Source of the DNA: Parvibaculum sp. | GTDB taxonomy: Bacteria > Pseudomonadota > Alphaproteobacteria > Parvibaculales > Parvibaculaceae | Length of the DNA: 54,525 nt | Direction: 5' to 3' | NCBI RefSeq assembly: GCF_035511255.1 | Contig: NZ_DATKFR010000202.1 | Location: 1-54,525, forward strand | Shown here: positions 48,241-54,525 of the stretch, one piece after another | Layout of the letters: each line of letters begins with the position of its first letter | Numbering within the stretch: the stretch's first letter is position 1 | Position numbers and translations under genes: made by a program | The notes under the pieces: model-generated | Database searches by the model: none | Seen by the model: the letters and a program-made list of their open reading frames with translations, nothing else | What the model was told of the DNA's origin: nothing

Positions 48241-49398
48241 ATGTCATTCACGATCCGCTACGACGACAACAACCAGGAACTGATGGTTGCAGGGTCCATG
48301 AGCCCGCAAAGCGCCGGCGAGCTCGGCGAGTTGCGCAAGACCTTCGAGAAATCGGCGCGCGCCGTCAACGGTACGCTCTATCTCAACGTCAAGCGGCTCA
48401 TCCGGCTCAACAACATCGCCTTTCACGAGTTGGCCGGCCTCGTCACGCGGGCCTGCCAGGAAAAACCGGACCTCAAGATTTCGGTGGTGACGTCGAGCGT
48501 CGTCGGATGGTCGGCGCGGAAATTCTCGAAACTCGCGCGCATCAGCCCGAATATTTCCGTCGAGCAATACGACACGCAGTTCTATCCGGGACAGGACGTG
48601 CTCGAGGATGGCGGCTTCATTCCAATCCTGCGCACCCAGACCAAGATGACCTGGCGCCATGAGCGCGAAATCCTGCCCCGACACGGCTTGAAGCCCGGAA
48701 TGGCCGTCGCCGACGTCTGCTGCGGCATCGGCGATTTCGCCGCCCTCATCTACAAGGAATTCACGCCGTCGCGCCTGGTCGCCATCGACCACGCGAAGCC
48801 GAGCCTCGCCTATGCGCGCAAGGTCGCCGCGGACTTCGGCATCAAGGGCATCGAATATGTCTATGGCGACGCATCGCAGATGCTGCTGGAAGACAATCAG
48901 TTCGATTTCGTCACCTGCCGCCATTCGCTGCAGGTCTTCGACAGGCCGGAGCTGATCCTCAAGGAGCTTTTCCGCATCTGCAAGCCGGGCGGCCGCGTCT
49001 ATATCACCAATGAGAAAAACTCCCATTGCCTCGGCGAGCCGCGCGGCGAGAGCATCCAGTGGACCTACACGGAAGTCGCCAGGCTCTGGGACCATTTCAA
49101 GATGGACATCGAGCTCGGACCGAAGAGCCGTCGCTACATGATGGAGACGGGCTTCGAGGATATCCGCATGGAATCCTTTATGGTCACCAATCTCGATGGA
49201 GATCCGCAGGATTTCGCCGACGTCATCCAGGCCTGGGAAGACGTCTATGCCGGCAAGATGTCGGTCGAGCGCGGCGACAGCGAGGAGTTCAACAAGAAGT
49301 TCCGTCAGGGCTTTCAGGATCATATCTTCGCGGCGCTGCACCCCAAGGGCTATGCGGGCTGGCCGATCTGGGTCGCGTCGGGACGCAAACCGGCATGA
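48241..49398 (+). CDS. Slr1659/STAS-like domain fused to a class I SAM methyltransferase
   Basis: N-terminal ~115 aa aligns with the 52379 protein; VADVCCGIG, GDA, FDFV and CKPGG. Confidence 0.85.
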   Translation: MSFTIRYDDNNQELMVAGSMSPQSAGELGELRKTFEKSARAVNGTLYLNVKRLIRLNNIAFHELAGLVTRACQEKPDLKISVVTSSVVGWSARKFSKLARISPNISVEQYDTQFYPGQDVLEDGGFIPILRTQTKMTWRHEREILPRHGLKPGMAVADVCCGIGDFAALIYKEFTPSRLVAIDHAKPSLAYARKVAADFGIKGIEYVYGDASQMLLEDNQFDFVTCRHSLQVFDRPELILKELFRICKPGGRVYITNEKNSHCLGEPRGESIQWTYTEVARLWDHFKMDIELGPKSRRYMMETGFEDIRMESFMVTNLDGDPQDFADVIQAWEDVYAGKMSVERGDSEEFNKKFRQGFQDHIFAALHPKGYAGWPIWVASGRKPA

Positions 49399-51782
49399 GC
49401 GACATAACTTTTCCCCATCGCATCCGCTCTTCTCTCGGGGCTTTCGCGCCGAAGAGCTTCCGTGCGAAGTTCGTTCTGGTCGTCGGCGCCGCGGTGCTCT
49501 TCGACCTGTTGCTCTCGGGCAGCATCGCGCTCTGGAACGTCAACCGTCTCTCGCGCGACGCGACGCATGAGATCGAGCAGGGCCTTACCAAGGCGAGCCA
49601 GGAATATCTGCAGAACTACATCGAGACGACGGCGCTGCGCGCCGACCTGCTGCTCGACCGCGTCTTTTCGGAAGTGAGCGCGCTCGCCGGCTCGATGCAG
49701 ATGCTGATCGACCATCCAGAGACCAAGGCCGCGATCGGCAAGGCGATCGCCGCCGATCCGACTTTCGTGCCGCCGCTCAGCTACGACACGAAGGGCGAAT
49801 GGGCGCAGAACAAGCCCGGCGCTCCCTCGGTCATGAGCGTCTGGGGCTATCTTCTCGGACCCGACCACAAGCCACGGCCCGACATTCTGAGCGACATTCA
49901 GCAGAACGCGATCTTCGACGTCTTCGGCGCGAGCCTGATGGCGACCGGCGCGAAAAAGCTGCAGCTTTATTATGTCGGTCCAAAGGACCGTCCGATCATG
50001 CGCACGACACCCTATTCCGACCAGGCGCAGACCTTCGACAAGCTCTATCCCGGCCATAACAAGGCGAACTTCTGGGATTTCTTCTTTCCCGGCGTCTATG
50101 AGGACTGGCAGGGCTGGATCGGAAAGCCCGGTGCGCGCCCCGTCGCGACCGACATCACGACGACGGCGCCCTATATCGACGCCATCACCGGCAATCTCAT
50201 CGTCAGCTTCTTCCACCCTCTCTGGTCGAAGGACCGCCAGCATGTCGCCGGCATGGTCGCCGCCGACATCACGCTCGAACAGCTCGCCGACATCGTGCAG
50301 AGCGTCAAGCTCGCAGAGACGGGCTTCGGCTTCCTCACCATGTCGAACGGCAATGTGCTGGCGATCAATCCCGCCGGCGAAAAGGTGCTGGGCCTCACGA
50401 CCGCGAGCGGCGCGACCGGACAAGGCGTTACCGGCACCGAGCGTTCGCTGCGCAAGAGCAGCCAGAAGACCATCGCCTCCCTCGAAATGCCGACGAACGA
50501 CGAAACGACGATCCGCCATATCTTTCTCCAGGAAAGAGGCGAGCAGGTTCCCTATATCGTCGTGCTTCGCCGACTGAAGCCGGTCAATCTCTGGAACGGC
50601 AGCGGCCCGATCGTCGCCGAAAACCTCGCCCTCGGCTTCGTCGTGCCGGAACGCGAGATTTACGCCTCTCTGTTTGCGGCGCAGACCAAGATTTCGAGCG
50701 CCACCACGCGCATCATGCAATGGCAGGGCGGAATCCTCGTCTTTTCGCTGATGGTGGTGCTCGCCGCCGTCTTCGGCATCTCGAAGCGCATCACGGCGGG
50801 CCTGAGCCAGCTCGCGAGCGCCGCGCGTCGCCTGCGCGACAAGGATTATTCGGTGCGCGTCCATATCCCCTCCGGCGACGAGGTCGGCGAGGTGGGCACC
50901 GCCTTCAACAGCATGGCGGAGGAAATCCGCTATCACACCGAAAACCTCGAACAGCTCGTCGAGCAAAGAACCAAGCAGCTCGGCGATGCCAATGAGGAAA
51001 TCCTGAAGCTCAACGAGAAGCTCAAGGGCGAGAACCTCCGCCTCGGCGCCGAACTCGACATCGCACGGCAGGTCCAGATGATGGTGCTGCCGAAGCCCGG
51101 CGAACTCGACGCCATTCCACGCCTCGACATCGCAAGCTACATGGAACCGGCCGACGAGGTGGGCGGCGACTATTACGACGTGTTGCAGGCCGGCGCCCGC
51201 GTCAAGATCGGCATCGGGGACGTGACGGGCCACGGGCTCGAAAGCGGCGTCCTCATGCTGATGGTGCAGTCGGTCGCCCGCGCGCTGCAGGAACGCGGCG
51301 AGGACGACCCCAAGAACTTCCTCAACGTCCTCAACCGCGCCATCTACAAGAACATCGAACGCACGGAATCGGGCAAGCATCTTTCGCTCGCCTTCATCGA
51401 CTATGCCGACCGGCAGATGACGCTGTCCGGCCAGCACGAGGAAGTGCTGATCGTGCGTCGGAATGGCGAGGTGGAGCGCATCGACACGATCGATCTCGGC
51501 TTCCCCGTCGGCCTCGAATTCGACATCTCGGCCTTCACCGCGACGAAGGACATCCGCTTCGATCTCGGCGACGTAATGATCCTCCACACCGATGGTGTGA
51601 CGGAAGCCGAAAGCCCCAGGGGCGAGCTCTTCGGGCTCGAACGGCTGAGCGACAGCGCCAAGCGCCATGCGCATGGCAATGCCGACGACATCAAGCGCGG
51701 CATCATCGACGATCTGATGGCGCATATCGGCACACAGAAAATCCATGACGACATCACGCTCGTCGTCCTGAAGCACAGGTGA
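49395..51782 (+). CDS. Membrane sensor PP2C phosphatase (TM-dCache-TM-HAMP-SpoIIE)
   Basis: APYID..GN dCache motif, DEVGEVG.AFNSM HAMP, EVGGDYYD, GDVTGHG, TDG and DDIT; ATGA overlap with the upstream gene. Confidence 0.92.
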   Translation: MSDITFPHRIRSSLGAFAPKSFRAKFVLVVGAAVLFDLLLSGSIALWNVNRLSRDATHEIEQGLTKASQEYLQNYIETTALRADLLLDRVFSEVSALAGSMQMLIDHPETKAAIGKAIAADPTFVPPLSYDTKGEWAQNKPGAPSVMSVWGYLLGPDHKPRPDILSDIQQNAIFDVFGASLMATGAKKLQLYYVGPKDRPIMRTTPYSDQAQTFDKLYPGHNKANFWDFFFPGVYEDWQGWIGKPGARPVATDITTTAPYIDAITGNLIVSFFHPLWSKDRQHVAGMVAADITLEQLADIVQSVKLAETGFGFLTMSNGNVLAINPAGEKVLGLTTASGATGQGVTGTERSLRKSSQKTIASLEMPTNDETTIRHIFLQERGEQVPYIVVLRRLKPVNLWNGSGPIVAENLALGFVVPEREIYASLFAAQTKISSATTRIMQWQGGILVFSLMVVLAAVFGISKRITAGLSQLASAARRLRDKDYSVRVHIPSGDEVGEVGTAFNSMAEEIRYHTENLEQLVEQRTKQLGDANEEILKLNEKLKGENLRLGAELDIARQVQMMVLPKPGELDAIPRLDIASYMEPADEVGGDYYDVLQAGARVKIGIGDVTGHGLESGVLMLMVQSVARALQERGEDDPKNFLNVLNRAIYKNIERTESGKHLSLAFIDYADRQMTLSGQHEEVLIVRRNGEVERIDTIDLGFPVGLEFDISAFTATKDIRFDLGDVMILHTDGVTEAESPRGELFGLERLSDSAKRHAHGNADDIKRGIIDDLMAHIGTQKIHDDITLVVLKHR

Positions 51783-51786
51783 GCGC

Positions 51787-52347
51787 ATGACGACCCCTCC
51801 CTCCGGCAAGAGCTATGGCGCCGTCCCCCGGGCGGCGGCCGAAACGCCGACCCTGCGCCTCGTCTTTTTCGACGGACCGCTCGAACTCGGCTGGAGCCAT
51901 GCCGGCGCGACGGCGGAGTTCCTCGGCGATTTCTTCTCCGGTCTTTCGGCCGCGAGTGGCGCCAACGTCAACGATGCGCGCCACAGCATCGGCTATCTCG
52001 TCAACGAACTTGCCGAGAATGCGGTGAAATTCCGCGCGCCGGGCGACGTCGTGCTCGAGGCCTCGCTCGACGGACGGAACTTCACGCTGAAGCTCGCCAA
52101 TTTCGCCTCGGCGGAAACGACGACGCGCTTTGGTACGCTGCTCGAGGAAATCGTCTCGCGCGACCCGGGCGAGCTTCTCATCGAGCGCATCGAAGCCAAC
52201 GCGGAAGATCCGGACGCCGGCGGATCCGGCCTCGGCATCCTCACCCTCATGAACGATTACGGCGCCGAACTCGGCTGGACCTTCGAGCAGGCGGGCCGCG
52301 ATGCGCCCGTCCGGCTCGAAACATTCGCAGCTCTCGCCCTTTCGTGA
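51787..52347 (+). CDS. Slr1658/SiaB-like GHKL Ser/Thr kinase
   Basis: NELAENAVKF N-box and SGLGILTLMNDY G-box. Confidence 0.85.
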   Translation: MTTPPSGKSYGAVPRAAAETPTLRLVFFDGPLELGWSHAGATAEFLGDFFSGLSAASGANVNDARHSIGYLVNELAENAVKFRAPGDVVLEASLDGRNFTLKLANFASAETTTRFGTLLEEIVSRDPGELLIERIEANAEDPDAGGSGLGILTLMNDYGAELGWTFEQAGRDAPVRLETFAALALS

Positions 52348-52378
52348 TCTAAAGCCTGACCTCTGACTGAAAGCCAAG

Positions 52379-52726
52379 ATGACCACCATGGAAATCAAGA
52401 CCAGCGAATATCGGGTGTGGACCGACGGAGCGGCGATCTATTACGAAGGCACGATGCGGCTCTCGGGCACCGAGGCCTATGCACCGATCCAGGAGATGAT
52501 GGACAAGGTTCTGGCGGCAAAGCCCGAACGCATCACGCTCGATCTGACGAGCCTCGAATTCCTCAACAGCTCGGGCATCAACCTGCTGGCGAAGTTCACC
52601 ATCGAGGTGCGCAAGCAGCCTGGCGTCGGCCTCGGCGTCAAGGGATCGACCAAGATTCCGTGGCAGTCCAAGTCGCTGCCGAACCTGAAGAAGCTTCACC
52701 CGGCGGTCGAACTCGTCATCGACTGA
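52379..52726 (+). CDS. Slr1659/SiaC-like STAS-fold protein
   Basis: [19 protein letters not shown] and PWQSKSL.NL. Confidence 0.85.
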   Translation: MTTMEIKTSEYRVWTDGAAIYYEGTMRLSGTEAYAPIQEMMDKVLAAKPERITLDLTSLEFLNSSGINLLAKFTIEVRKQPGVGLGVKGSTKIPWQSKSLPNLKKLHPAVELVID

Positions 52727-52745
52727 CGCCGAAGGGTTTCCGGCT

Positions 52746-53504
52746 TCAGCCCCAGGGCCCGCGACGGTTGCCCCAGGGACCGTCTCCGTCACGATTGCGC
52801 CGCGCGTCGAACACGCGCGGCGTTCCCTTTTGAAAGAGCGCGACGTCGCGCCTCTTGAAGAACGGCATCAGCACCACCCCCGCGACGAAGCCGCCGACAT
52901 GCGCCCAGAAGGCGACGCCGCCCTTCTCCGGGTCGCTCGCAAGTCCGCTGACGAACTGGATCACGAACCAGAAGCCGAGCACGACGAGCGACGGCACGCT
53001 GATGACGCGGATGAAGAAGGGCAGCGGCATGATCGCGACGCGGACATGCGCGAAGGGCTGCAACAGAAGATAGGCGCCGAGCACGCCGGAAATCGCGCCG
53101 CTCGCACCGATCAGCGGCACCGTCGAAGCGGGCGACTGAAAGGCTTGCGTCAGCGCCGCGATCGTTCCGCAGACGAGATAGAAGACGAAGAACTTCGCAC
53201 GCCCCATGGCGATCTCGACATTGTCGCCGAATATCCAGAGATAGAGCATGTTCCCGCCGAGATGGGCGAGGCCGCCATGCATGAACATGGAGGTGAGGAT
53301 CGTCGCCCAGGCGGGAATGACGGCATTCGCATCCGCCTTTCCAAAGAGCGTGGCGGGCACCGCGCCGAACTGGAAGACGGCGCGTTCGGCATTGCCGCCC
53401 TGCAGCGACATCTGCCAGAGGAACACGGCAATACAGGCCGCGATGAGCGCCCAGGTGACGATCGGGCGGCCTGGTTCCGGGTTGTCGTCGGAGATCGGGA
53501 ACAT
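52746..53504 (-). CDS. Rhomboid intramembrane serine protease
   Basis: SMFMHGG..H.GGNM, GASG and AHVGGF. Confidence 0.93.
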   Translation of the reverse strand: MFPISDDNPEPGRPIVTWALIAACIAVFLWQMSLQGGNAERAVFQFGAVPATLFGKADANAVIPAWATILTSMFMHGGLAHLGGNMLYLWIFGDNVEIAMGRAKFFVFYLVCGTIAALTQAFQSPASTVPLIGASGAISGVLGAYLLLQPFAHVRVAIMPLPFFIRVISVPSLVVLGFWFVIQFVSGLASDPEKGGVAFWAHVGGFVAGVVLMPFFKRRDVALFQKGTPRVFDARRNRDGDGPWGNRRGPWG

Positions 53505-53564
53505 CGAAGCCTTCCGCTCGCGGAGATATCCGGCCTCGACGTTACAGGTCTATTCCGGCCTGTG

Positions 53565-54233
53565 CTAGCGGCGCCTGACTTCCGCCGGCTCGAACTCGGC
53601 TTCCTTCGTCCGCGCCAGCGCTTCGGCGTCCGCCTTCGAGGCATCGGCGAGCGGGCGCGCATCGGCGATGGCGGCGGTGTCCGCTTCCTGCCGGAAGAAG
53701 GAATAGGAGAGCGTGATGGTGCGGATGCTCTTTGCCGTCATGTCGGTGAGCATTTCCGGATCGACATAGAAGACCACCGGCATGCGCGCCGTCTCGCCGG
53801 GCTTCAGCTTTTCTTCCGTGAAGCAGAAGCACTGCGTCTTGGTGAAGTAGTAGCCGGCGGCGTCCGGCGTCACGTTATAGGTGGCGCGGCCGACGATCGT
53901 CTTGTCGGAAAGATTTTTCGCGATGAAGTAAACCGTCGTCGGCAGGCCGATATGGGTCTCGACCGACGTGACCTCCGGCTTAAATTCCCAATCGAGAGAC
54001 GGTGCGACATTGGTGTCGAAGCGCACGGTGATCGCAGGGCCGATGGCGTCGGACTGCGCATAGCTCTCGCCGTCGGTCGAGCGCTTCACCGTCACCGAGC
54101 CGCCATACCCCGTCGCCGCACAGAACCAGCGGTAGAGCGTCGGCGAATAGGAGACGGCCGCCGTCATCAGCGCCAGCATGGCGAGCGACAGGGCGACCGA
54201 GGGGAGCTTCTTGGAGCGGAACCACGACAACAT
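53565..54233 (-). CDS. ctaG: Cytochrome c oxidase assembly protein CtaG/Cox11
   Basis: LYRWFCAATGYGG, YNVTP, CFCF and MPVVFYVDP; start MLSW at 54233. Confidence 0.92.
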   Translation of the reverse strand: MLSWFRSKKLPSVALSLAMLALMTAAVSYSPTLYRWFCAATGYGGSVTVKRSTDGESYAQSDAIGPAITVRFDTNVAPSLDWEFKPEVTSVETHIGLPTTVYFIAKNLSDKTIVGRATYNVTPDAAGYYFTKTQCFCFTEEKLKPGETARMPVVFYVDPEMLTDMTAKSIRTITLSYSFFRQEADTAAIADARPLADASKADAEALARTKEAEFEPAEVRRR

Positions 54234-54436
54234 GACGCGCAAGCTAGGGCGAGGCACTTGGTCGCGGCAAGCCTCAAATGCGGGACGGATTGCCGCGCCG
54301 GGCGGCGGGGCCTGCCCGTGCCGGATTTTCTTGGGTTCGGCCGCGAATTTCGCCATTCTGGCGCGCCGGTAAGGCAAACCCGCGGGCGGCAAAGACCGCA
54401 TGGGAAAAGCGGGAATTGGCTCAGAGGGGGGAACTA

Positions 54437-54525
54437 ATGGCGCGGTTTCACGATGGGTTATGGCTATCCGGGTTCGCGGTCGCGATCGCCACGGGTGCGG
54501 CGGCGGCCGAGAAGCCCGCGCTCCC
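54437..54525 (+). CDS. Partial secreted protein N-terminus (MARFHDGLWLSGFAVAIATGAAAAEKPAL...)
   Basis: GAGGGGG RBS, signal-peptide-like sequence, open to the window edge. Confidence 0.55.
   Translation, partial: MARFHDGLWLSGFAVAIATGAAAAEKPAL

Noticed and set aside
49026-49394. ORF-track N-terminal extensions (also hsdS 3494, wza 36009, lldD 23713, ctaG 54401)
   Set aside because: They overlap upstream genes or promoters; downstream starts fit RBS positions, ATGA coupling and family N-termini better.

Overview
High-GC alphaproteobacterial chromosomal window; the gene content is Parvibaculum/Hyphomicrobiales-like (inference only). Positions 1-10097 are the right part of a genomic island inserted at the 3' end of tRNA-Phe(GAA). 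The island carries a tyrosine integrase, a serine resolvase with a res-like site, a structured RNA-like leader, and a translationally coupled Type I restriction-modification operon (RHH gene, hsdM, orphan 124-aa gene, hsdS with an extra ~210-aa antitoxin-like C-terminal domain, hsdR). The backbone encodes TetR-linked Baeyer-Villiger monooxygenases, several SDRs, lldD, phaZ, a Wza/Wzc polysaccharide export cluster, kpsF, a UbiA/DprE1/DprE2-type arabinofuranose-donor operon, ssuD, a rhomboid protease and ctaG. Two partner-switching loci stand out. The first is RsbW + two STAS proteins + a stand-alone four-helix-bundle sensor + a Na/Pi cotransporter, with no phosphatase. The second is a Sia-like/Slr1658-Slr1659 module with two PP2C phosphatases, plus an apparent pseudokinase and a pseudo-STAS fused to a SAM methyltransferase. 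Family assignments come from motif recognition by eye; no searches were run.
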